Numbered from the stretch's first letter, positions 30,808-39,505 are shown. The stretch: 64,000 nt of DNA from an uncultured Candidatus Rokubacteria bacterium (GCA_963708025.1 CAVPSB010000013.1:416001-480000); one strand, 5' to 3'. Made by a program: numbers and translations. Notes: generated by a model from the letters alone, not told the origin.

Positions 30808-31730
30808 CGCGCCGGCGGGTCCTCCAGGAGCTGGTCATCGAGCCCGGCACCGGCAAGGCCCTGCCGCTCGCGCGAGGCCAGGTCCTGCGCATCGAGCAGA
30901 CCGTCGGCCGCCAGTGCGCGGACTTCAACTGCTTCAACCTCCACGACTACAAGGAGTACATGCACACCGGCCGCACCCGCCACATGCACGGGCTCCACCC
31001 CACGAAGGGCGACTTCCTCTGGTCGGCGCCGCCCCGCGAGCGGCCGATGATCGCGATCCTCTCGGACACCGTCGGCACCAACGACGCCCTCTATCCCCGC
31101 TGCAGCGCGTTCCTGTTCGAGTACCACTACGGGCTGGCCGTCCACACGAACTGCCACGACATCCAGGCCGAGGCCCAGCGGGAGTTCGGCCTGACGCCCG
31201 ACGACGTGCACGATTCCCTCAACTTCTTCATGCACACCGGCGTCGACGCGAACGGCCGGCCGTTCATCGCCGACAACCGGGCGGGCCAGGGCGACTACGT
31301 GGAGCTGCTCGCGCTCATCGACGTCCTGGCGGTGCCCAACGTGTGCGGGGCCGATGTGATGGCGACGAGCAACTTCGAGCTGAAGCCCCTGCGGCTCGTC
31401 GTCGCCGAGGCCGCCGACGAGGACTGGGCCGGGCTCTCCTCGTTGCCCCGCTACCGGAACCAGCGCACGCCGGCGGACTTCAAGATTCCGGCCATCAAGG
31501 CGGACCGGGAGCTCCGGCGCGACCCTCACTACCGCCCCGAGTTCGTGAACGTGCCGCTCCGCACCTCGGAGGTGGCCGTCCGCCTGGAGCCGGCGGAGAC
31601 CGAGATGCTCCGGCGTCTCGCGGCGACCGGCCGGTACGGCGAGACCGACGGCGAGGCCCTGCGCCACGTCTTCTTCAGCTGGTGGATCGGGAAGTTCATG
31701 CATGGACCGAAGCACTTCCGGTCGAGCTAG
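30804..31730 (+). CDS. DUF1989 (urea carboxylase-associated) family protein with C-terminal extension
   Basis: GQVLRIEQTVGRQCADFNCFN, YPRCS, HTNCHD, DVHDSLNFFM, GDYVELLALIDVLAVPNVC. Confidence 0.88.
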   Translation: MTRRRVLQELVIEPGTGKALPLARGQVLRIEQTVGRQCADFNCFNLHDYKEYMHTGRTRHMHGLHPTKGDFLWSAPPRERPMIAILSDTVGTNDALYPRCSAFLFEYHYGLAVHTNCHDIQAEAQREFGLTPDDVHDSLNFFMHTGVDANGRPFIADNRAGQGDYVELLALIDVLAVPNVCGADVMATSNFELKPLRLVVAEAADEDWAGLSSLPRYRNQRTPADFKIPAIKADRELRRDPHYRPEFVNVPLRTSEVAVRLEPAETEMLRRLAATGRYGETDGEALRHVFFSWWIGKFMHGPKHFRSS

Positions 31731-31856
31731 CGGGCGGGGCCGATGAGCGTCGCATCGCGTCGTCCTCGGTCGTCGCCGATCCTCGGCGTACTCGGAGTAC
31801 GCCTGCGGTCGGCGACTCCCTGCGTCCTAGCGCTGCTCGCTCCTCGGCCCCGCCCG
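31731..31856. repeat. long-hairpin intergenic repeat, copy 2 (without the insert)
   Basis: Same as 445-587 but with cctagcg where copy 1 has the extra module; also directly after a TAG stop. Confidence 0.9.
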
Positions 31857-31914
31857 AAAGAACTTGACTCATCTGTGCCATGGACTCTGGGTCTTGAAGA
31901 AACGAGGGAAATCC

Positions 31915-32376
31915 ATGAAGGCTGAAGAGGACATCGCGCGGCCGCTGTCCCGGTACGCGCCCTACCGCCGGGCGGGAGACATCGTCTACTTCTCCGGAAT
32001 CGTGGCCGCCGACCCGGCGACCGGCCGGATCGTCCGGGGCTACGCCGACCTGCCCGAGCACGGCCGGCGGGAGGCGGGCGAGACCGGCGAGATGTCGAGC
32101 GACGCCAAGGACGGCCCCATCGCCGCCCAGTCGTGGTTCGTCCTGACCCGGCTGCGCAAGACGGTGGAGGCGGTGGGCGGCAGTCTGGACGACGTGGTGA
32201 AGCTCACCCAGTACTTCCGGGACCTGCGGGACTTCCCCATCTACAACCGCATCCGGGCGACGTTCTTCCGCGATCCCCCGGCCAGCACCGTGGTTCGCGT
32301 GCTCGAGCTGCTGCCGACCGAAGAGTCGCTCCTGGAGGTGGAGGCGGTCGCGTACATCCCGGAACGGCGCCGGTAG
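31915..32376 (+). CDS. RidA/YjgF family protein (2-aminomuconate deaminase-like)
   Basis: YAPYRRAGDIVYFSGIV, YNRIRATFF...PPASTVV, LLEVEAVAY. Confidence 0.88.
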   Translation: MKAEEDIARPLSRYAPYRRAGDIVYFSGIVAADPATGRIVRGYADLPEHGRREAGETGEMSSDAKDGPIAAQSWFVLTRLRKTVEAVGGSLDDVVKLTQYFRDLRDFPIYNRIRATFFRDPPASTVVRVLELLPTEESLLEVEAVAYIPERRR

Positions 32377-32394
32377 CCGGCGAGGGAGGGACGC

Positions 32395-33279
32395 ATGCTT
32401 CGCGACCACGGGCGCTTCGAGTACTCCGCCATCGTCAGCCGGCCCGACTTCAGCTGGCCCGGCGGGAAGCGGCTGGCGGTCTACGTCGCGCTGAACCTGG
32501 AGCACTTCGCCTACGGCGAAGGGCTCGGCCTCTCCTATTCGCCCGGGATCCCCCACCCGAACACCTACAACTGGGCGTGGCGGGAGTACGGGAACCGCGT
32601 GGGCGTGTGGCGGCTGCTCGATCTCTTCGACCGGCTCCGGCTGCCGGTCTCGCTCCTGCTAAACTCGGCGGTGTACGACCACTGCCCCGAGGTGGTCGCG
32701 GCCTTCCGGAAGCGGGGTGACGAGGTTCTCGGCCACGGCCGGACCAACTCCGAGCACCAGAACGACTTCGACGAGGCGGGCGAGGCCGCCCTCATCCGGC
32801 AGGTCCGGGACGCGATCGCCCGGCACGAGGGCCAGCCCCCCCAGGGCTGGCTCAGCCCCGGGGTGAACCCCAGCGTGGTGACGACCGACCTCCTCCAGGA
32901 AGCCGGCTACACCTACCTGCTGGACTGGCCCATGGACGACCAGCCGGTGTGGCTCCGGACCCGCAAGGGCCACATCCTGAGCGTGCCCTACCCGCACGAG
33001 GTCAACGACATCCCGGTCATCGCGCTCCACCACGGCACCGCGCCGGCCTTCGCCGACATGATCATCGACACCTTCGACGAGATGCTCACCCAGTCGGCCG
33101 GGCAGCCCCTCGTCTACGGCATCGCCCTCCACGCGTTCCTGGTCGGGCAGCCGTTCCGCCTGCGCCACCTCCGCCGGGCCTTCGAGCACGTCTGCCGCCA
33201 GCCCGACCGCGTGTGGCTCGCGACCACGGGGCAGATCGCGGCGCACTTCGCCGCGCACGCGCCGATCAAGCCCGCCTGA
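32395..33279 (+). CDS. polysaccharide deacetylase (CE4), PuuE allantoinase-like
   Basis: WPGGKRLAVYVALNLEHF, WREYGNRVGVWRL, GHGRTN, IALHAFLVGQPFRLRHL. Confidence 0.9.
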   Translation: MLRDHGRFEYSAIVSRPDFSWPGGKRLAVYVALNLEHFAYGEGLGLSYSPGIPHPNTYNWAWREYGNRVGVWRLLDLFDRLRLPVSLLLNSAVYDHCPEVVAAFRKRGDEVLGHGRTNSEHQNDFDEAGEAALIRQVRDAIARHEGQPPQGWLSPGVNPSVVTTDLLQEAGYTYLLDWPMDDQPVWLRTRKGHILSVPYPHEVNDIPVIALHHGTAPAFADMIIDTFDEMLTQSAGQPLVYGIALHAFLVGQPFRLRHLRRAFEHVCRQPDRVWLATTGQIAAHFAAHAPIKPA

Positions 33280-33288
33280 GCGCCGCCG

Positions 33289-33627
33289 ATGGGCAACGTC
33301 GAGCGCTGCGACAAGACCCTGGCCCTGAACGAGATGATGTACCACGTGCGCCGCGACGCGCGGCTCCGTGAGCGGTGGCTGAGCGACCTCGAGGGCCTGG
33401 CCCGCGACTTCGGCCTGAGCCCGGACGAGTACGCGGCGCTGCGGGACCGGGATCCCCGGCGGCTCATGGACCTCGGGGTGCACCAGTACTACGTGCCGCA
33501 GATCCTGCGGCTCTTCTTCGGCGCCGCCCAGAACTCGAACGCGAGCGCCGCCCTCGAGTGCTACCGGCGGGCCTTCCCCGAGGAGAGCGCGGCGGCGGCA
33601 TCCGAGGCGGGCCCGGGGCGGGGCTAG
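33289..33627 (+). CDS. LigA-like small subunit of an extradiol ring-cleavage dioxygenase
   Basis: FGLSPDEYAALRDRDPRRLMDLGVHQY; directly upstream of a LigB-like gene. Confidence 0.75.
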   Translation: MGNVERCDKTLALNEMMYHVRRDARLRERWLSDLEGLARDFGLSPDEYAALRDRDPRRLMDLGVHQYYVPQILRLFFGAAQNSNASAALECYRRAFPEESAAAASEAGPGRG

Positions 33628-33631
33628 CGGG

Positions 33632-34471
33632 ATGGCCGAGATCGTCGCCGCCATGGCCATGACCCACGCCCCCGGGCTCACCGGGTGGTTCGCGCGGGGC
33701 TCCGAGACGGATCAGCAGGGCGTGCTCCGGGCGACGGCCGAGATGCGACGGCGCCTGGAGGTGGCGCGCCCCGACGTGCTGGTGATGTTCAGCAACGACC
33801 ACCTGCTCAACTGGCCGCTCAACAACACGCCGGAGTACACGGTCGGCATCGGGGAGGAGCACGTCGGGCCCGCCGACTGGTTCGACGAGTGGCTGGCGAT
33901 GGAGAAGTACCGCGTGCCCGGCCACCCCGGCCTCGCCCGCTGGCTCGTGAACCTGGGCGCTCGGCGGGGGCTGATGCTGGCCTTCCTCCGCGAGATGCAG
34001 TTCGACGACGGCATCTCGGTGCCGGTCCACTACCTGAACCCGGACGGACGGTTCCGGCTCGTGCCCGTCACGATGAACTGCACGGTGCCGCCGCTCCCCA
34101 CCCCCGAGCGGGCCTACCAGGTGGGCGCCGTCCTGCGCGAGGCGCTCGTGGCGTACCCGGGGCCGGAGCGGATCGCGGTCATCGCGACCGGGGGGCTCTC
34201 CCACGAGCCCGGGGGGCCGCGCTACCTCCAGGTGGACGAGGCCTTCGACCGCTGGTTCCTCGACCTGCTGGCGAAGGGCGACCACCAGGCGCTCCTCCGC
34301 GAGTGCACGCTCGAGCGCCTGGAGGCGGCCGGCTCCGGCGGCACCGCCGAGCTGATCGCCTGGATCCTCGTCCTCGCCTTCACCGCGGGGCCGGCGGAGG
34401 TCCTCGCCTACATGCCGGCGGTGGCCTGGCGGACCGGCACCGGCATGGTGGCCTGGAACGAGTTGCTCTGA
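33632..34471 (+). CDS. class III extradiol dioxygenase catalytic subunit (LigB-like)
   Basis: MTHAPG, FSNDH, ATGGLSHEPG, GGTAELIAW. Confidence 0.9.
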   Translation: MAEIVAAMAMTHAPGLTGWFARGSETDQQGVLRATAEMRRRLEVARPDVLVMFSNDHLLNWPLNNTPEYTVGIGEEHVGPADWFDEWLAMEKYRVPGHPGLARWLVNLGARRGLMLAFLREMQFDDGISVPVHYLNPDGRFRLVPVTMNCTVPPLPTPERAYQVGAVLREALVAYPGPERIAVIATGGLSHEPGGPRYLQVDEAFDRWFLDLLAKGDHQALLRECTLERLEAAGSGGTAELIAWILVLAFTAGPAEVLAYMPAVAWRTGTGMVAWNELL

Positions 34472-34664
34472 GCGCCGGTGGCGCCACGCCGAGACTGGTT
34501 ATCGGGCGATGGAGTCATAGTCCGAAGCGCCGGCGCGTAGCGCGCAAAGAGAAGACCCTCTCGGCGGACAGTCCGAGGAGAACACATCTGTTGACCCTAC
34601 GGCATGCGACACTACGTAGACCAACCGCACGATTTTCCATAGACCATCAAGCCCGACACACCAT

Positions 34665-34715
34665 TACACTTGACCGCCATCTACACTTGACCGCCATCAG
34701 CCGCTCGGATATTCT
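34665..34715 (+). promoter_or_regulatory. sigma70-like promoter with a 17-bp tandem duplication of the -35 region
   Basis: tacacttgaccgccatc x2 (34665-34698); TTGACC 34687-34692, 17 bp, TATTCT 34710-34715. Confidence 0.55.
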
Positions 34716-34779
34716 TAATGCCCCTAGCCTGGCCCTCACATCCAGAGTCGTTCCTTCGCGAGCGGCTGTAGGTGCCGGT

Positions 34780-35985
34780 ATGGAATGCCTGGGCTGCGGA
34801 CGGCAGAACCCCGAGGGGGCAAAGTATTGCGGCGACTGCGGGGTTCGCCTCCCGTCCACGTGCTCGGCCTGCGGTACGGCGAACCCCCCCGGGCATCGGT
34901 TCTGCCTCGAGTGCGGTCACCGCTTGGCATCCGCCGGGCAGGAACGTGAATCCGACGAGACGCGTATCTCGGGTGAGCAGGCGCGGACCGGCGTCGTCCA
35001 GGCAGACGTCGGTGAGCGGCGCCACCTGACCGTCATGTTTTGCGATCTCGTCGGGTCCACGTCCCTCGCGGAGCGCCTGGATCCCGAAGACCTCCGTCAA
35101 GTGGTCCGCAAGTACCAGGATGTCAGCACGGCGATCGTCACGCGGTTCGACGGCTACGTCTCTCAATATCTCGGAGACGGCATCCTCGCCTATTTTGGCT
35201 ATCCGCACGCTCACGAAGACGATGTTCAGCGGTCGGTCCGGGCCGCGCTCGAGATCGTGGCCGGCGTCTCGGAGTTGACGGCCGAGACGGGCGGCGGCAG
35301 CGTCAGGCTCAGTGTTCGAATCGGGATCCATTCGGGCTTCGTCGTCGTGACCGAGGTCGGCTCCGGCGCGCGCCACGAGCCGCTGGCTCTGGGTCAGACG
35401 CCAAACCTCGCCGCTCGACTTCAGGACCTCGCCCCACCAAACCGTGTGGTCGTGAGTGCCGAGGCGCTCCGCCTATTGGGGCATGGCTTCGTGTGCCGCG
35501 ATCTGGGGCCCCAAACCATCAAGGGCCTGACGGAGCCGATTCGCGTCTTCGAGGTGGTCTCCGAAGCCGAGCCGATCAGTCGCCCGGAGGGCTCCGGGGC
35601 GTCCGAGCTCACCGAGCTGATCGGCCGGGAGCAGGAACTTGCCATCCTGCGCGAATGCTGGGAGCAAGTCAGAGACGGATACGGGCAGGTGGTGTCGCTT
35701 GCCGGCGAAGCGGGTATCGGCAAGTCCCGACTGGTAGAGGCACTGAAGCAAGAGCTCGCCAAGGAGCCGTGCACCCGGTGGGAATGCCGCTGCTCCCCCT
35801 ACCATCAAGACAGCGCATTCCATCCGATCATCGATCTCTTCGGACGCATCTTCGAGTTCGAGCGCGACGAACCGGCCCCAGCGAAGTTGAAGAAGCTCGA
35901 GTCGGGGCTCGCGATCCATGGTCTCGCGACCCCCGGCCCGACGGATCAGAACACGTCGTCGCGCTCGCCGAACTCGAACTGGTAG
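34780..35985 (+). pseudogene. 3'-truncated zinc ribbon / adenylate cyclase / AAA protein
   Basis: CxxC ribbons, ERRHLTVMFCDLVGST, GEAGIGKS; homology ends about 35930 where it runs into the convergent NHase accessory gene; no TPR half. Confidence 0.85.
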
Positions 35986-36788
35986 GTGGTCTCGGCGACC
36001 TCGGCGGGGGTGATCAGGCCCTTGCGCGCGAGCAGCTCCTCGAAGGTGGCGAGCCAGATCTCGTAGTAAGCGAAACGGCCACCGCCGGCCTCGGCCGCCG
36101 CGATCCGGGCGATGAGGGCCTGGCGGAATTCCTCCCACTCGTAGACGCCGCGCTCGTGGAGCGCCACCGCCATGCCGAAGGCGCGACCCTGCCACGGCTC
36201 CTCGAAGACCAGCTCGCCGTTCTTCCGGGGGAGCGCCGCCCGTCCTTCCATCACCGCCACCGCCCGGTCCACCGTGAGGGCTTCCCCCTCGGCGGTCAGG
36301 CCCGACGGGGTCCCGGCGCAGGCATGCGTGCGCCCGGCGGCCCGCCAGGGCCGGGCGTCGTCCACCGGCTGCCCGTCGGGACGCGGCTGCCAGGCGGTGG
36401 CGGTGAAGTGGTACGGGGCCAGCGCCGCGGGCGGTGGCAAGCTGCCGCCGGCCTCCAGCATCCGCTCCACGTGGTCGTAGAGGGCCACCGCGAGGGCGTC
36501 GGAGTCCACGGAGTGGAACCACTGCGCCTGGCCGTCGAAGAGCAGCAGGACCACGTTGGCGAGCGCGCAGGGGCCCAGGCAGCCGCCGATGGTCAGGTGG
36601 AGGACGTTGCGGAGCCGCCGGCGCTCCCACTCCCGGTGGAAGGTCTCGGCCGGCACGGCGGCGAACCCGTCCTCCGTGCGGCCGCAGCAGCAGCCCGTGG
36701 AGCAGACGAAGAGCTGGCCGCGGAAGCGCGCCACGTTCACGCGCCGGCCGTCGCGGCGGACGACGATGTTGCGCCGGCGCTCGTACAG
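35946..36788 (-). CDS. nitrile hydratase accessory/activator protein with an N-terminal Cys-rich thioredoxin-like ferredoxin domain
   Basis: CSTGCCCG...GCLGPC, then ALPRKNGELVFEEPWQGRAFGMAVAL...YYEIWLATFEELL; start is CTG 36788 (GGGAGG SD) or ATG 36905. Confidence 0.85.
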   Translation of the reverse strand: MYERRRNIVVRRDGRRVNVARFRGQLFVCSTGCCCGRTEDGFAAVPAETFHREWERRRLRNVLHLTIGGCLGPCALANVVLLLFDGQAQWFHSVDSDALAVALYDHVERMLEAGGSLPPPAALAPYHFTATAWQPRPDGQPVDDARPWRAAGRTHACAGTPSGLTAEGEALTVDRAVAVMEGRAALPRKNGELVFEEPWQGRAFGMAVALHERGVYEWEEFRQALIARIAAAEAGGGRFAYYEIWLATFEELLARKGLITPAEVAETTYQFEFGERDDVF

Positions 36789-36793
36789 TTCGC

Positions 36794-36903
36794 GACCTCC
36801 CGCCCACCCCGCTTCTTCGACGGCCTTCGGCCTTTGGCCCCCTCCCCCACCATTGGACGGCCTTCGGCCTTTGGCCGGGCGGGAGGGGGGAGTCGGAGAA
36901 CCC
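36794..36903. repeat. C-tract/G-tract repeat with two GACGGCCTTCGGCCTTTGG modules
   Basis: Modules at 36819-36837 and 36856-36874. Confidence 0.8.
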
Positions 36904-36919
36904 ATTACTTCACACTCTT

Positions 36920-37519
36920 TCAGCGGGCGGCCGCCGCCGGCCGGACCTCGGCCACGCCGATGAGAGCGTCCCGCGTGATCAGCGGCACCAGGTCCGCCTC
37001 GCCGAGCCCCTCCGTCCCTGCCGGCCGCTGGGGCAGGACCATGTAGCGCATCTCGGCGCTCGAGTCCCAGACGCGGACCTCGCGCTCCGCCGCCACCTCG
37101 AGCCCCATCTCCCGGAGCACGGCGCGCGGCTCACTGACCGCGCGCGAGCGGTAGGCGGGCATCTTGTACCAGGTGGGCGGCAGCCCCAGCACGGGCCACG
37201 GGTAGCAGGAGCAGAGCGTGCAGACCACCAGGTTGTGCACGGCCGGCGTGTTCTCCACCACCAGGAGCATCGCGTAGTCCAGGTCGAAGCGCGCCAGGGC
37301 CGCCCTGGAGTCCTCGAGCAGCAGACGCCGGTAACCGGGATCCGTCCAGGCGCGCGCGACGGCGCGGGCGCCGATCAGGGGCCCGGTGTCGGCCTCGAAG
37401 CGCTGGATCACGCGGTCCACCGCGTCGGGGGCCAGGATGCCCTTCTCGAGCAGGAGCGACTCGAGGGCACGGACGCGGGAGACGACGTAGGGATCGACGT
37501 TGGGGTGGTTCTTGCCCAT
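36920..37519 (-). CDS. nthA: nitrile hydratase alpha subunit, cobalt type
   Basis: VVCTLCSCYPWPVLGLPPTWYK (Thr/Tyr indicates Co-type), VWDSSAEMRYMVLPQRP. Confidence 0.96.
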   Translation of the reverse strand: MGKNHPNVDPYVVSRVRALESLLLEKGILAPDAVDRVIQRFEADTGPLIGARAVARAWTDPGYRRLLLEDSRAALARFDLDYAMLLVVENTPAVHNLVVCTLCSCYPWPVLGLPPTWYKMPAYRSRAVSEPRAVLREMGLEVAAEREVRVWDSSAEMRYMVLPQRPAGTEGLGEADLVPLITRDALIGVAEVRPAAAAR

Positions 37520-37522
37520 CCC

Positions 37523-38201
37523 TCACCTCCCGGGCAGCAGGTAGCTCTCCCAGAGATCGAGATGCACCACCTGGCTCGGCTCCGCCGCCTCGCCCCACAG
37601 CTCGCCCGCATCGAACCGGACGCTGTAGAGCGGCTGCGGCTGCTCGCCGAGGCCGTGGGCGTTGCTGTCGGGGAAGACGTGGATGCCGTGGCAGCGGTGG
37701 ATCACCCCGCGCTTGCCGCGCGCGTAGCGCGGCAGCCGTGTGTGGCCGTGGGGGTGGATCTGGCGGGTGAGGACGGGATCCCCCGGCCCGAAGCGGGGCG
37801 TGGCGCCGGTCTCGCGGATCACGTCCTGGATCCATCCGGATCGAACGGGACCCCGCGGGCGGCGGGCCCGGGAGCGCAGCGGTCGCCGGCGCGTCCGGCT
37901 TCTTCTCGAAGAAGGCCACGCGCGCGTCCAGCTCGCCCCGGCTCACCACCCCCTTCTCGACGAGGAGCCGCGTCACGCCGTCGAGCCACTTCTCGTAGTA
38001 GGTCGCGCGCAGGTAGTGGGCGGGGCTCATCCGCTCGATCCCGTGCCGGAACTCGTCGATGTTGAAGAGCCGCCGCGAGCCGGTGGCGCGCGTCATGGTC
38101 AGCACCGCCGCCTCCCACGTCGCGTGGAAAACCGGCTCGTTCTCCTCCCGCTCGATGGGGCCGAAGCCCTGCATGCCCCCCAGGTCGTGCACCCCGTCCA
38201 T
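37523..38201 (-). CDS. nthB: nitrile hydratase beta subunit (frameshift near 37830)
   Basis: MDGVHDLGGMQGFG, DEFRHGIERM, YYEKW, HTRLPRYARGKRG, DLWESYL. Confidence 0.93.
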
Positions 38202-38242
38202 GCCAGGATTGTAGCCGATGGGACCCCCGGTTTCTCCTGGGG

Positions 38243-39187
38243 TCACGCGAAGCAGCGGAGGTCCTTCAGCCCGAAGGGCCCGGGGGCCGGCAGGCCCTGG
38301 CGAATCTGCTCCTCGGTGAACCGGCGCCAGGGCGCCAGGTCGTCCGGCGGATCCGGGCAGGCCGGCGCCGGCTCCACCAGGCCCTCGGACAGGATCCGCA
38401 CCTGGGCCAGCGAGACGAGCGGGATCGTCATGGCCCGCTCGAACGCCCGGGCCAGCACGCGGTGGGCCCAGACCGGCGCCGGCACGACGAGCACACGCCG
38501 GCCGATGACCCGCCCGATGCGCCGGACCGCGTCGCCGAGCCGAAGCTCTTCGGGCCCCCTGACGGCGATCGTCTGGCGCGCGAGCCGGCCTTCGACGAGG
38601 GCCGCCTGGAGGACCCGGACGAGGTCCTCCACGGCCACGGGACGGACAGGTCGCTCGGACAGCCCGACCGCGGCGAAGACCGGCAGCGTGTGGAGCGCGT
38701 GGCTCGTGTGGTCGAGGAAGTGGTCGCCCCGGCCGTAGATGACGCCGGCCTTGACGATGGTGTAGTCGAGGCCCGACGCGCGCAGGATCTCCTCCGCCGC
38801 CCACTTCGACTCGTGGTAGGCCGAGCCGCAGCCGGGCCGCGCGCGGAGGAAGCTCTGCAGGACCACCTTCCGCACGCCCGCCCGCGTCGCCGCCGTGACC
38901 ACGTGGCGGGTCCCCTCGACGTGGACGACCTGGTAGGTCTGGACCCCGATCTCCCGATTGATGCCGGCACAGTGCGCGACCGCGTCGCAGCCCTCGAAGG
39001 CGCGCGCCAGCGCCGCCGGGTCGACGACCGAGGCCGGGACCAGCGTGACCCCGGACAGGGTCCGGACGCTCTCGTCCCGCTGGTCGCGGCCGCGGGCGGC
39101 CAGCACCACCGAGTGCCCGCCGGCCGCCAGCGCGCGGGCGAGATGCCGGCCGACGAACCCCGTGCCACCCGTGATGGCGATCTTCAT
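38243..39187 (-). CDS. NAD(P)-binding atypical SDR (NDUFA9-like)
   Basis: ITGGTGFVG, SAYHESKWAAEE, RPVAVEDL. Confidence 0.9.
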   Translation of the reverse strand: MKIAITGGTGFVGRHLARALAAGGHSVVLAARGRDQRDESVRTLSGVTLVPASVVDPAALARAFEGCDAVAHCAGINREIGVQTYQVVHVEGTRHVVTAATRAGVRKVVLQSFLRARPGCGSAYHESKWAAEEILRASGLDYTIVKAGVIYGRGDHFLDHTSHALHTLPVFAAVGLSERPVRPVAVEDLVRVLQAALVEGRLARQTIAVRGPEELRLGDAVRRIGRVIGRRVLVVPAPVWAHRVLARAFERAMTIPLVSLAQVRILSEGLVEPAPACPDPPDDLAPWRRFTEEQIRQGLPAPGPFGLKDLRCFA

Positions 39188-39498
39188 CGGCGTTCCCTCC
39201 GTTCCCGGATCCGGCGGCGCTGGGCGACCTGGGTCGGGCACACGGCGCTCAGGAAGTCGTTGACGTGGCGCACGAGCCGCCCCGGCTCGAGGCGGTAGAA
39301 GATGCGGTTGCCCTGCCGGCGCTCGACGATCAGCTCGGCCGCCCGGAGGATGGCGAGGTGCCGCGAGACGGACGGGGCGGCGATGGCGAAGCGGGACGCG
39401 ATCGCCCCGGCCGCCAGCTCCCCCTCGCCGATCTCCTGGAGGATCTGCCGGCGGGTGGGATCGGCCAGGGCCTTGAAGATCCGCGCCGCCGCCGCCAT
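39184..39498 (-). CDS. ArsR/SmtB family transcriptional regulator
   Basis: FKALADPTRRQIL, PSVSRHLAILRAAELI. Confidence 0.93.
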   Translation of the reverse strand: MAAAARIFKALADPTRRQILQEIGEGELAAGAIASRFAIAAPSVSRHLAILRAAELIVERRQGNRIFYRLEPGRLVRHVNDFLSAVCPTQVAQRRRIRERRERR

Positions 39499-39505
39499 GG
39501 CCGTA

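Noticed and set aside
25775-31715. Very long antisense ORFs (846 aa, 752 aa) and similar ones elsewhere
   Set aside because: Shadow frames of GC-rich genes on the opposite strand; no family motifs.
33685-34779. 766-aa ORF suggesting a dioxygenase-cyclase fusion
   Set aside because: The upstream part is an off-frame read-through of ligB and the spacer; the real start is ATG 34780.
36789-36905. 39-aa N-terminal extension of the NHase accessory protein
   Set aside because: It is the translation of an intergenic repeat; an SD-preceded start at 36788 is more plausible.
37820-37870. Naturally split nthB or programmed frameshifting
   Set aside because: The shift lies in a GC-rich linker, no slippery motif is visible, and the window has many similar indel errors.
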